From: Rebecca billardiae RCC1528
Lineage: Eukaryota > Protista > Haptophyta
NCBI GenBank assembly: GCA_965240325.2
Contig: OZ251236.1
Span: 744,001-808,000, forward strand
Direction: 5' to 3'
DNA length: 64,000 nt
Shown here piece by piece: positions 52,671 to 62,603 of this stretch. The notes beneath the pieces are model-generated. The model did no database searches. It saw only the letters and a program-made list of their open reading frames with translations, and was not told the DNA's origin. Numbering within the stretch: the stretch's first letter is position 1; every line of letters starts with the position of its first letter. Both the position numbers and the translations under genes were made by a program.

Positions 52671-52922
52671 AATGCGTCCGCGCCTCACTCCTCAGTCGCC
52701 TGCGACCATGGGCATGGCCATGCTGAGACTGAGTCCATGTCAGGGCAGCCTGCGCCACTCGGACCGCCAGTCTAGCCCCGTGGCCCGTGCCCCCCGCTAC
52801 GCCTACGGGCACGGCGGAGCGGGGCCGTGGGATGGAGCACCACCTCCGGGCCTTTATTGGCACGCGGCGGCGACGGCAGATGCCGCCACGGCCGAGCAGC
52901 GCGTTCCGGAGCACTTGGGTGA

Positions 52923-53182
52923 GGGTGAGGTCGTAGTCGATGTCGCCGCCCGCCGACCTAGTGGCCCCGAGCGGCGAGCAGCTGCGGGAGGCGACAGCCG
53001 CGGCTGTCGCTCCTGGGCGTCCGCGTGGGCGCCCGGATGAGGATGAGGTCGTAGTGCGCGTCGCCGCGCGCCGCCCTAGCGCCGCGCAGCTGCATAAAAG
53101 GGGCTTGGAGAGTGAGCGCGCCGCCTAGTGCGCTCTGGGCGATGAAGCGGATGAGGTTGTAGTCGACGTCGCAGCCCGGCCC
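52923..53182 (-). repeat. Three degenerate ~33-bp motifs (108-118-bp spacing); possible decayed repeat-protein fragment
   Basis: ggRtgaggtYgtagt...gtcgc at ~52923, 53041 and 53149. The minus strand translates as GDIDYDLTL, GDAHYDLIL and CDVDYNLIR. Confidence 0.55.
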
Positions 53183-53868
53183 GCCGGCGGGCTGCTGTAG
53201 TAGATGACGTAGATATATTAGTAGCCGCGTCGGCGGGCCGCTCGAGCCTCAGAGCGAATAGTATGGGGGTAGTGAGTCGCTGAGTCAATCGAGCGGTGCG
53301 TCACGGCGGCGTGGCGCGGCGCTTCTAGACGGTGCTCGAACTGATGCCGTGGCGGGGCTCGTGCTGCTGATGGCTGGCGTGCACGCCAAGCGAGCTGGCA
53401 CAGTCCCGCGCGGCTTCATGATAGCCTCGCGCGCCGCAGCGCACCGCGCGCCTTCCCCGGCTACGCCCTTCTCTCGCCTCGGCCGCCGTGCACGCTTGCG
53501 CCGCCAAACCGCAGCCTCGGCGCACCTCTCAGCGGTCTCATAAGCGGAGCGTGCACGTGCCTAGTGTGCGACGCGAAGAGGACATTGCCGCCGGGCGATG
53601 TAGCCATCATGTGAGCGCGCGCCACGGCACCGCCGTGGAACTAGTTGGCTTGCAGACTGACCACCCTTCGGCGCACCGGCAGGCCTGGAGGCCCTTCTGG
53701 CGAGCGCGCGCGCGACAAGGCGGCCAGCAAGGACGTCGGTCGCCGCATCGTGATCGGCGCATTGTGCATGCGCCCTGACGGCCGACGACGAGACCCAACT
53801 CACTCACGACCATCCCGACCAAACAGTGCCACTGTCACTCTGCTTGGAGGCACCAACACTCAGCAGCC

Positions 53869-56800
53869 ATGGCGGCGGCGTCGACGCACTTCACGTTTGG
53901 CTTTTTCGACGGGGACCCAGGCCGCACCGCCGGGCTCTCGTCGGGCGACGGCGCGCAGCCTGCCGCCCAGCCGGCGCTAGCGCAGCTCTTCACGCCCGCC
54001 GCCGCTGCCCCGCGCGCGGGCGCCGCCGCGGAGGACGGCGGCGTCGAGGTGGCGCCTGGCCGCGCCGCCGTGCGCCCGCCACCCGAGCGCTTGCTCGCCC
54101 ACGTGCGCGCCGAGCACGCGCGCGTGCGCGTGGTCGACGATGCGCGTGGCGGCGTGCGCCTCGTCGCCGCGTGCCGCGTGCGCAAGGGCGACGTGCTCGC
54201 CGAGGCCAGCCCGGTCCTGTGCATTCGGACGCTCGAGGACACCGAGCGCGGCGCCGCTGTCGTCTGCTCGCGCTGCTGCGCGCACATCGGCGGCGCCGCG
54301 GAGCAGCTGGGCGCGCAGCTGGGCGCGTGGACGCGCGAGGCGGCGCTCGCGCCCGAGGCGCTCGCCGAGCCCCTGCCGAGCGTGGGCGGCGCGCCAACCG
54401 CCTCCGCGGAGGGCGCGCGGGCGGTGCGGTGCGCGAGAGGGTGCCGTCAGCTCTACTGCGGGACCGTGTGCGCGCGCGCGGACTGGCGCGGCGGGCACGC
54501 GCTGCTGTGCACGGGCGGCGAGCTGAGCGCGGCGCACCCGCTGCGCGAGCACGCGCGGCACGCGCGGCGCACCTCCGAGACCTTCCTCCTCGGCGCGCGC
54601 TGCTTTGCGGCCGCGCTCGCGCGGCGCGCGCCGGGCGCGCTCGGCGCTGCTGCGGCCGACGCCGACGCCGACGAGGCCGGCGCCGAGGCGGAGGACGAGG
54701 CGGAGGGCGAGGCGCTCGAGGACGAGCTCGCGCTCATCGAGGCGTGCCTCGGCCTGCCCGAGCCCGCCGCGCTCTCGCGCGACTCGCACGAGCCGCCGCT
54801 GCCGCTGCCGTGGTGGGCTGTGCGCGCGCGCGCGCACGCGGGCGCGGCCGAGGCGCGCGCCGCGCGCGCCGAGGCGCATTTCCGCGAGCAGGCGGCGGAC
54901 AGCTTCGAGCTGCTGAGCGCCGGGGTGTCGCTGCGCGCGCGCGAGCTCGGGCTCGCGCCGCCGCGCGCGTGGGCCGCGCTCCTTGAGCCCGAGCGCGGGC
55001 TGCGCTGGTATGGAGGTGCGCTGGCCGCGCTCGAGCGCTGCGTGGTGCCGATGGAGGCCGAGCCCCCGGACCTTTTGCACCTCGCCCGGACTCTGGGCCA
55101 CGCGCGCCCGCGGACGGCGCTGCCGGCGGCGGAGGCGTCCGAGCCAGCTGGCGGCGCCGGCATCCCGGGCGGCGGCCGCGCAGACGACGACCGCCGGAGC
55201 GGCGGCCACCACCAATCGACGGGCGCGTGGCTCGCGGCGGTGCGTCGGCTGCGCCCGTTGCTGGACCGCGCGCTGCCCGCGCCGCCGCGGCCGCCGGGCG
55301 CGGCCGCGCACGGCGCGGAGGGCGGCGTGTCGGCGGACGCGACGCGTGGAGCGGTGCTCGCCGACGCCGAGGCCGCCCGCGGCGGCGCGGAGGCGCAGGA
55401 GGCCGCCCGGCCGCCCAAGCGCGCGCGCCCCTCCGGCGCCACCGCAGCAGCCATGTCTCCCCCGGCCGCGGCGCGCGGCACCGCGGCTGCGGCTGCGGCG
55501 CACACCGCCGCCGCAGGCGAGACCACCGCCGCCATGCGCATCGCTGAGCTCGTCGAGGCGGAGCGCGACGCGGCGCTGCTCGCAGCGCTCGCGAGCAGCG
55601 CGCCAGCCGAGCTCGTCGCCCCGGCGCGCGCGCTTGCGCTCCTGCCCCTGGCGTGTGCGCTACCGCACTCATGCGCGCCCTGCGCGCATCTCGAGGCAAT
55701 CTCGGCGCATCTCGAGGCGATCTCGGCGCCGCTGCCGCCGATTAGGGCGCCGACTGCCGCCGCCGCCCCTGCCGCCGTGCCGGCGGACGGTGCTCCGGCA
55801 CCGGCGCCGCTCGCCCGCACGGCGGGCCGGCTCGGCCGCGCGCGGGGCGTGCGCGCGCGCCTGGTCGCACTGCAGGACCTTTTGCCTGGGCAGGAGCTCA
55901 CAGTGGCCAAGGTCTCGGCTGCCGAGGCGGAGGCGGCGCGGCGCGCCGCACTGCGCGAGCGGGACCCGGGCGCGCCGTGCTGCGCGTGCGCACGCTGCGC
56001 CTTCGAGCGCGCCGGCGCGCTGCCCGCGGGCGCGGCGCGGCCCGCCGACGACGCGGACGGCGGGGTGTGCTCTGCCGCGGCCGCGACGGCGCGCGACCTC
56101 GCGCGCGCCGCGCTCGCCGACGGCCGCTTCGACGACGCCGAGGCGTGCATGGCAGCATGGCTGGCTCTCGAGCCTCAGAACGGCGACGCCCACTACGCGC
56201 TCGGCGCGCAGCGCGTCGCGGCGGGGCGGTGGCGCGCCGCGCGCGCCGCGTGGCGCGACGGGCTGCGCGCGGCGCCGGCGCACCCGAACCTCCGCGCCGC
56301 CGCCGAGCGCGACCGCCTTTACCTGGCACCGCCAGAGGAGCCAGCCCCCTCCGAGCCGCGCGGCGGGCCGGCGCCGACGGCCGTGGCGTGCACGCGCCTC
56401 TGGCCGGACGCGACGCCTGTCAGCAGCAGCCTCGCGCGCGCGCACGGCCGCGCGGCTGCGCCGCGCCGTCGGCCCGGCGCTCTCAGCTCGCGCGAGCCAG
56501 CCGTCGCCGCCGAGGCCGAGGCCGGCTCGGTGGGCGGCGGCCGCGTGCTCCTGACGGCGGAGCCCGTCGCCTCCGCCGCCGAGTGCGGCTGGCTGATTGC
56601 GCAGGCGGAGGCGGCCGCGGCCGCGGCGGGCGGCTGGACGACCGCGCGCCACTACGCCGTGCCTACCACCGACCTGCCGCTGCACACGCTGCGAGAGCCG
56701 TGCGGCTGGTTCGCGCGCCGCTGCCGCGACACTCTCTTTCCCCTCCTCGCCGCACACTTTGGCGTGCGCGCGTCCGACATGCGCGTGCACGACGCGTTCG

Positions 56801-57081
56801 TCGTCAAGTACACCGCGGCCGCGCAGCGGCTGCTCCCGCTGCACACGGACGAGGCGCAGATCTCGCTCACGCTCGCGCTCAACCCGAGCCGCGAGTACGA
56901 CGGCGGCGGCACCTACTTTGCGCACGCGCGCGCCGCGCTCGCGCCCGAGCTCGGGCACGCGCTGCTCTTCGACTCGGCGCTGCTCCACGGCGGCGACCCG
57001 GTCGTGCGCGGCGTGCGCTACATCATCGCCGCCTTCCTCTGCGTCGATGACGATGACGGCGAGGGCGCGCGTGCACGATGA
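53869..57081 (+). CDS. SMYD-like split SET/MYND domain, TPR-like helices, Fe(II)/2OG oxygenase (PLOD/P4Hc-like); 1070 aa
   Basis: CSRC...CARGCRQLYCGTVC...HALLC zinc finger; PHSC; DLLPGQELTV; post-SET CACARC; LALEPQNGDAHYALG; DAFVVKY...LPLHTD...YDGGGTYF...HGG...GVRYI with the HxD...H...R residues intact. Confidence 0.88.
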   Translation: MAAASTHFTFGFFDGDPGRTAGLSSGDGAQPAAQPALAQLFTPAAAAPRAGAAAEDGGVEVAPGRAAVRPPPERLLAHVRAEHARVRVVDDARGGVRLVAACRVRKGDVLAEASPVLCIRTLEDTERGAAVVCSRCCAHIGGAAEQLGAQLGAWTREAALAPEALAEPLPSVGGAPTASAEGARAVRCARGCRQLYCGTVCARADWRGGHALLCTGGELSAAHPLREHARHARRTSETFLLGARCFAAALARRAPGALGAAAADADADEAGAEAEDEAEGEALEDELALIEACLGLPEPAALSRDSHEPPLPLPWWAVRARAHAGAAEARAARAEAHFREQAADSFELLSAGVSLRARELGLAPPRAWAALLEPERGLRWYGGALAALERCVVPMEAEPPDLLHLARTLGHARPRTALPAAEASEPAGGAGIPGGGRADDDRRSGGHHQSTGAWLAAVRRLRPLLDRALPAPPRPPGAAAHGAEGGVSADATRGAVLADAEAARGGAEAQEAARPPKRARPSGATAAAMSPPAAARGTAAAAAAHTAAAGETTAAMRIAELVEAERDAALLAALASSAPAELVAPARALALLPLACALPHSCAPCAHLEAISAHLEAISAPLPPIRAPTAAAAPAAVPADGAPAPAPLARTAGRLGRARGVRARLVALQDLLPGQELTVAKVSAAEAEAARRAALRERDPGAPCCACARCAFERAGALPAGAARPADDADGGVCSAAAATARDLARAALADGRFDDAEACMAAWLALEPQNGDAHYALGAQRVAAGRWRAARAAWRDGLRAAPAHPNLRAAAERDRLYLAPPEEPAPSEPRGGPAPTAVACTRLWPDATPVSSSLARAHGRAAAPRRRPGALSSREPAVAAEAEAGSVGGGRVLLTAEPVASAAECGWLIAQAEAAAAAAGGWTTARHYAVPTTDLPLHTLREPCGWFARRCRDTLFPLLAAHFGVRASDMRVHDAFVVKYTAAAQRLLPLHTDEAQISLTLALNPSREYDGGGTYFAHARAALAPELGHALLFDSALLHGGDPVVRGVRYIIAAFLCVDDDDGEGARAR

Positions 57082-58105
57082 TCGGATATCCCGCCGCCGA
57101 CTGACCAGCCACCAAAGGATCGTCCGACGATCGACGCCGATTCACTGCTGCTGGCCGGCCCATATCCGCCGACTACACCGTACACGACGACCGCCGATGT
57201 CACACAGACACACTCCGAAGATGCGAGCGAGCAGATGGAGAGCGGCGCGCGGCGGCGCGCGGCCGCGCGCGCGTCACGTGCGAGTCATCACGGCTCCTCG
57301 TCATCATCGCGTCATCGTCATTTAATAAGAATTAAGAGCGCGGCGGCAGCTCTGATAGAATGAGCTGCGGATTCCGAGGTATATAGAAAATAGTATATAT
57401 ATATATATAGATTATAGTCACTCAGCATCAGCAGTGATTACTAGCTAGGCGTTCGACGTCGAGCGTAGTCGGCGGCCATGTCAGTCACTACGACGACGAC
57501 GATACCGCTCACGTGGCTCCGACGCGGTCGTGCAGATCGTCGCCCGCTGGCGCCGAGTCAGCCGCGGCTTCGGATATGCGGGCCGAATCTGATGTTGGCG
57601 TTATCCGCCGCGCCGTGTGCGCATCTGCGCCATCCCAGCTGACTGGCCCAATAACAGCAGAAACGTCATCGCCAGCATCGTGGCCCAGCAGCCATCATGC
57701 GGTCCAAGGAGAACCGGGTAGAAGCCGCAGAAGGAAGAGCTCAAGCAGGGCCACAGCCCGCGGCCGCATCCGCGGCCGGCGGCTGCCGGCGGCAGCTGTC
57801 GTGTCGCGGCCTCAGCCTCGTCAATGGTCACGGCGGGCGGCGCGGCGCGGAGGACGCGCCGCAGCAGCCCTCTGAGTGCTCGCGGGTCACGATGCCACCG
57901 CAGCGCTTGCCACTTGGGGCCAGGGGTGGCGCGCAGACTGTCCAGGGCTGGAGGGTGGGGAGAGTGTACATGCCAGCAACTGCTGGCCGCGATGCGCCCT
58001 GCGCGTGAGCACCGGCGACGGGCGGCCGATGGCGCACCGCCGCCCGGCACGGCGTGCTGCACGCCGGCGCACATGCGACGCGCGTCAACGCACCAGCGCC
58101 AGCGC

Positions 58106-59431
58106 TCACGCGGACGCCGCCTGGTCGCGATCCCCGAAGGAGTGCTTGTCCAGCCGGTTGACCGCCTCGGTCAGATCCTCGTCCGACTTGCAGAACGCGA
58201 AGCGCAGCGTGGTGTCCGAGTGATGCCGGTTCTCGGGTGAGTAGAAGCCGGCGGTCGGGATGCCGGTGATACCGACCTCGGTGGTGAGATAGGAGCACGC
58301 GGCGAAGTCGCGGCGCTCGCCGAGCTTGGTGTCGGGCTGCGTGGGCGGCATGTCGAGCGGCAGCGTCGAGGTGTCGCACATCAGGAAGTACCCGCCGCCG
58401 CTCACCATCGGCCGCAGCCCCGCGCGCAGCAGCCCGTTGGCGATGATGTCGCGCTTGGCGGCGAGCAGCGCGGGCAGCTCGTCAAAGTAGCCGTTCTCGA
58501 GGGCGAGCGGGAACGCGCGCGCGATGGCGAGCTCCATCGGCGTGGCGTTCGAGTGCGCGACGATCGACTGCGCCTTGAGGAGCGGCGTCGACAGGTCCTC
58601 CGGCGCGATGATGTACCCGATCCGCCAGCCCGTGCACGAGAAGGTCTTGCCGGCCGAGTGCACCGACACCGTCTGCCTCCACATGCCGTCGAGCGTGGCG
58701 AACCGCACGTGCTCGAGGCCGGCGGAGACGGTGAACTCGTACACGTCGTCCGAGACGACGATGAGGTTGGGGTGCTTCCGCACGATCTGCGCCACCGCCT
58801 CGTACTCCGCGCGCGAGAACACCTTGCCCGTCGGGTTGTGCGGCGTATTCAAGATGAGCATGCGCGTGCTCGGCTTGATCGCTGCGTCGAGGTCGGCCAT
58901 CGAGAGCTGCAGGTCCTGGGCGCTCGACGGCGGCGGGCCGGGCGGCGGTTTGAGCGGGACGCCGGTCAGGCGCAGCCCGTTCACGATGCCCATCTTCTTG
59001 TACGCGTCGTACGCCGGGTCGATGCACACCACCTCGTCGCCCGGGTCGCAGAACGCCGACATGATCGTGAAGAGCGCGCCGGTCGCGCCCGCCGTCGCGG
59101 TGACCTGCGTCATGCCGTCGAGCTGGCGGCCAAAGAGCGGGGTGTACGCCTTGGCGATCGCGTTCACGAAGTCCGGGTGCCCGCCGGGCCGCGAGTACTG
59201 GTTCAGCCCGTTGGCGATATTCTCGCGCGCGAGCTCGCTCACGAACGGCGGCGTCTCCCACGAGGGGAAGCCCTGGCCGAGGTTGACGGCGTTGGACTTC
59301 ATGGCGAGCTGCGTGCACATCGCGAAGACATTCTCGCCCTCGATGGACCCGAGCCTTTTTGAGGACCAGTGCGCGCTGCGCCGCGCGGACGCGCAGAGGC
59401 GGCCGCGCGAAGAGAAGTGGCCGCGCAGCAT
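58106..59431 (-). CDS. KYAT: Kynurenine-oxoglutarate / glutamine transaminase (class I/II PLP aminotransferase), probably mitochondrial; ~441 aa
   Basis: NLGQGFP, NQY, LNTPHNPTGKVF, SDDVYE, SAGKTFSCTGWRIG (PLP Lys), LRFAFCK. The Arg/Ser-rich acid-free N-terminus from ATG 59431 looks like a transit peptide. Confidence 0.93.
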   Translation of the reverse strand: MLRGHFSSRGRLCASARRSAHWSSKRLGSIEGENVFAMCTQLAMKSNAVNLGQGFPSWETPPFVSELARENIANGLNQYSRPGGHPDFVNAIAKAYTPLFGRQLDGMTQVTATAGATGALFTIMSAFCDPGDEVVCIDPAYDAYKKMGIVNGLRLTGVPLKPPPGPPPSSAQDLQLSMADLDAAIKPSTRMLILNTPHNPTGKVFSRAEYEAVAQIVRKHPNLIVVSDDVYEFTVSAGLEHVRFATLDGMWRQTVSVHSAGKTFSCTGWRIGYIIAPEDLSTPLLKAQSIVAHSNATPMELAIARAFPLALENGYFDELPALLAAKRDIIANGLLRAGLRPMVSGGGYFLMCDTSTLPLDMPPTQPDTKLGERRDFAACSYLTTEVGITGIPTAGFYSPENRHHSDTTLRFAFCKSDEDLTEAVNRLDKHSFGDRDQAASA

Positions 59432-59629
59432 TGCCCTTCCGCCTCCCGTGATGACGCTTGACGTCGCCACGCGCCTAAGTACTAAGCCAGGCGGGTAAAT
59501 TCGATCCGGAATGACGAAGTTCATCATCGCGAAGGTTTCAGAAAAGATGGCCGCCGCTCCGACGTCGACGACACGGTCGGTGACGTCGTCCACCAACCTC
59601 TAGCCCTTCCGCTCGTCCCATGCACGCCA

Positions 59630-62350
59630 TCACCGCCTGGCGACGTGCCGGAGGAAGTACGCGTCCCACAGCCGCAGCTGGCGCGCCGCCGAGGTCGGGT
59701 AGATCGCCGGGCGCGCCACGCCCGACGACGAGACGAGCGCCGCTGTCGCGCCGCCGGCCGCCGAGACGAACTCGGGCTTCGCGCCGCGCACCTCGCCGTC
59801 CGCGCCGATCTGCAGCACCTCGCACCAGACGGACGGCACGCGGCAGTGCACCTCGAGCGCCAGCTCGGCGCGCTCGCGCTGGCTGTTGCACAGGAAGGTG
59901 CCGAACCGCCCGGAGCGCACCGCGTCCGCTAGGAAGAGAAGCAACCGAGAATCGAACTCGAACTCGGCGGGGAACTGCTGCACGCACTGCCACACCGCGT
60001 CGAGCCACTGCAGGAAGATGGGCGACTCGTCCTCCGCCGACGGGCCGTACCCGCACCGGTCTCGAAAGCGGTAGCCCAGCTCGCACCACTCGCGCTCGAC
60101 GAGCGCGGCGAAGCCGACGACCGTGCGGCAGCGGCCGTCCACAAGCAGCTGCGCGAGTGAGACGACCTGGCTGGTGCGGTCCCAGCCGTCGGAGCAGTGG
60201 ACGAGCACGCTCGCGCCCGCCTCGAGCAGCTGCCCCGCGCGCGTTGCCGCGCGCATGATCGCGCCCACGTGCGCGAGCCAGCCCGTCGAGTGCACGCGCA
60301 GCTCCCACGCCGACGAGGCGCGTGCGACCGGAGGCGGCGCCGCGCCGCCCGCCGCGCCGCCCGCCGCGCCGCCCGAGCTGAGGCCCGCGCCGCCGGCGGC
60401 GCCGGACGCCGCCGAGCCCACGGCGGAGGCGAACGAGTCGTCGCACGAGGGCGGGCTCGGCGGCGGGCCGGGCGCGCCGGCGCCCTCGTCGGGCGCGTGC
60501 TCCACGCCGCCGTCCGTGCAGAGCTGGCGCAGCCGCTCGTAAGCCGCGCGCACCGCCTGCAGGTTGGGAATGTCGCAAAACTCGATTTCGGCGAAATGGT
60601 AGCGGCGCTGGTCCTCCGAGCCGCCGCCGCGCACGCGGTTGGCCGACGCGGCGAGCTGCCCGCGCAGGTCGAGGATGTACAGCATCTCGAGCGGCGAGAG
60701 CCGCCGCACCGCGTCGAGCAGCTGCTCGTCTTCGTGCGAGTGCGCGCCGCCCTCCGCCGTCCCAACCAGCGGCTGCGCGCAGCGCGCGAGCGCGGGCGCG
60801 CGCACGCCGCGGCCGGCGCGCGCGGCCGTCCAGCAGAGCACCGGCACGCGCGCGCGCGAGCGGAAGGTTGCGGCGCCGTCGAGCAGCGCGTCGCTGACGG
60901 TGGCGGGCACGGCGATGCGCTGCGGGTACGTCGGGCACTTGGCGTGCTCCCGATTCCACGCGCTCACGCGCCACAGCGCGCCGTCGCCGAGCGCGCCGCC
61001 GGCCGCGGCCACCGCGCCGTGCGCGCCCGCCGAGGCCGCGGGCAGGCCGGCGGCGCTGGGCGCGACGCCGCGCCGCGCGAGCTCCGCGTCCAGAAGCGCG
61101 CCCAGCGCGCGCTCCACACCCTCCGCGCTCGCGCGCGCCACGCCGCCGCCCTCGCACGCGAACGCGCCGTGCGGCGTCGCGCTCAGGCCGCGCAACTGCT
61201 CGCGAGTCCAACTCATCACTGCCTCGAGCCGCGCCAGCGCGTCCGGCTCGGCGGCGGCGGCGGGGTCGGCGCCCGCGCTGGGCTGCAGCAGCGGGGAGGG
61301 CGGCTCGGAGCGCGCCGCGCCGGGCAGCCCCGAACGGCCGGCCGGCAGCGCGGCCGGCAGGGCGATGGGCGTTGCCGGCGGCACTGCCGCCGTCGCGCGC
61401 ACCGGCGCGGAGGCCGCGCCCCCGGCGGCTGATCCGGCTGCGCCCGCGCCCGCGGCGGCTGCACGATCCGCCGCGCCCAGGGCGGCAGAGCCGCTGACGC
61501 TGCAGCTGAGAATGCCAGGCGGCATCACGACCGCGCCAGCGCACGCGGCTTGCTGCGCAGCGTCCGCCCCAGCGGCGCTTGCTGCCGGCGTGCTCGCCGC
61601 GGCCGCCGCCGCCGCGGCCGCCGCCGCCGCCGCGCCCGGCCCGCCGCGGTGGAAGTCGAGCACGAGCTTCCATGGCGCGTGGCACTTGATGCGCACGTGC
61701 AGCGTGCGCCGGTCTGCGCGGATCGAGCGCACCTCGCCGATCGGCACGCTCAGCAGCGCCGGCACGGACGGCTCGGCGGCCGCTGCCGCCGTCGGCGCCT
61801 GCCCCTTGGCGCCGCCGCCCGCGGCCGCGGCGTTGGAGCACCGGCTCGGCGCGGCCGCCTCGGCGAGCGCGCCGCGCGTCGACTTGACGGCGAGGCCGAT
61901 CACGCCCTTGCCGATCCCCTTGACCAGGCCGAACACGCCCTCGTCCTTCAGCCCGACGATCGGCTTGTTCATTAGGCCCTCGAGCCCCTCCTTCAGTCCG
62001 CGGCCCATGCCCTTGCCCACGCGGACGGCGTGCGCGGGCAGGAAGGCCTCCATGCCGTCGGCGAGCTGGCCGCGCGCGGGGACGGGCGCGTTATCCGGCC
62101 CGCGCGTGTCCGCGATGAGCAGCAGGCGGTACAGCGTCACGACGACCACGCCCGAGGCGCCGCGCGCGTGCGACGTCGAAGCAAAGTCGCAGCCGACCGG
62201 CCCGAACACAACTCGCTCTGCGGTGTAGAGCAGCTCGGCGATCGAGGCGGGCAGGTCGTGCGGGGGCGGCGGCGGCGGGAGAGGACTCAGCGGGTCGTTC
62301 TCGAACGGGAAGTTCCCGTCGTCCGCCTCGCGGCCCGCCGGCGACGACAT
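59630..62350 (-). CDS. Myotubularin-family phosphoinositide 3-phosphatase, 906 aa
   Basis: Active site VLVHCSDGWDRT; WRVSAWN...CPTYP, FRSRARVP, ANRVRGGGSE and SPIFLQWLDAVWQ...QFP.EFEF motifs; N-terminal GRAM-like strands. Confidence 0.96.
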   Translation of the reverse strand: MSSPAGREADDGNFPFENDPLSPLPPPPPPHDLPASIAELLYTAERVVFGPVGCDFASTSHARGASGVVVVTLYRLLLIADTRGPDNAPVPARGQLADGMEAFLPAHAVRVGKGMGRGLKEGLEGLMNKPIVGLKDEGVFGLVKGIGKGVIGLAVKSTRGALAEAAAPSRCSNAAAAGGGAKGQAPTAAAAAEPSVPALLSVPIGEVRSIRADRRTLHVRIKCHAPWKLVLDFHRGGPGAAAAAAAAAAAAASTPAASAAGADAAQQAACAGAVVMPPGILSCSVSGSAALGAADRAAAAGAGAAGSAAGGAASAPVRATAAVPPATPIALPAALPAGRSGLPGAARSEPPSPLLQPSAGADPAAAAEPDALARLEAVMSWTREQLRGLSATPHGAFACEGGGVARASAEGVERALGALLDAELARRGVAPSAAGLPAASAGAHGAVAAAGGALGDGALWRVSAWNREHAKCPTYPQRIAVPATVSDALLDGAATFRSRARVPVLCWTAARAGRGVRAPALARCAQPLVGTAEGGAHSHEDEQLLDAVRRLSPLEMLYILDLRGQLAASANRVRGGGSEDQRRYHFAEIEFCDIPNLQAVRAAYERLRQLCTDGGVEHAPDEGAGAPGPPPSPPSCDDSFASAVGSAASGAAGGAGLSSGGAAGGAAGGAAPPPVARASSAWELRVHSTGWLAHVGAIMRAATRAGQLLEAGASVLVHCSDGWDRTSQVVSLAQLLVDGRCRTVVGFAALVEREWCELGYRFRDRCGYGPSAEDESPIFLQWLDAVWQCVQQFPAEFEFDSRLLLFLADAVRSGRFGTFLCNSQRERAELALEVHCRVPSVWCEVLQIGADGEVRGAKPEFVSAAGGATAALVSSSGVARPAIYPTSAARQLRLWDAYFLRHVARR

Positions 62351-62603
62351 GGTCGACGACGCCCGCGGCTTGCGCCGGCCGTCGCGAGTGCGCGGCCTTT
62401 GGACTGCTGGCCCTTCACCGAAGACTCAGACGAGTAGTTTGTGTGGGCCAGTCCGGGCAAGTTGAAAGTATGTCGTCCGGGGAAGGGGGTTTCCAATCGT
62501 CCGGGCAAGGGCGCAAGCTCTTGTTAGCCCTTGGCTTGGTCCGGGCCGCGTTTTGCGGAACCGTACCGCTTGGGCAAGGCTGCTTGATGCGGCCGGGCGC
62601 GTC
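62351..62603. promoter_or_regulatory. Probable compact bidirectional promoter with repeated GTCCGGGCAAG motif
   Basis: 253 bp between divergent ATGs (62350 minus, 62604 plus). Motif at 62451, 62475 (one mismatch), 62499; partial at 62539 and 62572. Confidence 0.5.

Noticed and set aside
56560-57081. 2OG oxygenase as the prolyl hydroxylase for the neighbouring SPPP stalks
   Set aside because: No signal peptide or anchor, so unlikely to be in the secretory pathway; linkage alone is not evidence.
57513-58074. Short ORFs between the convergent oxygenase and aminotransferase genes
   Set aside because: No motifs or clear coding signal; likely UTR or intergenic.
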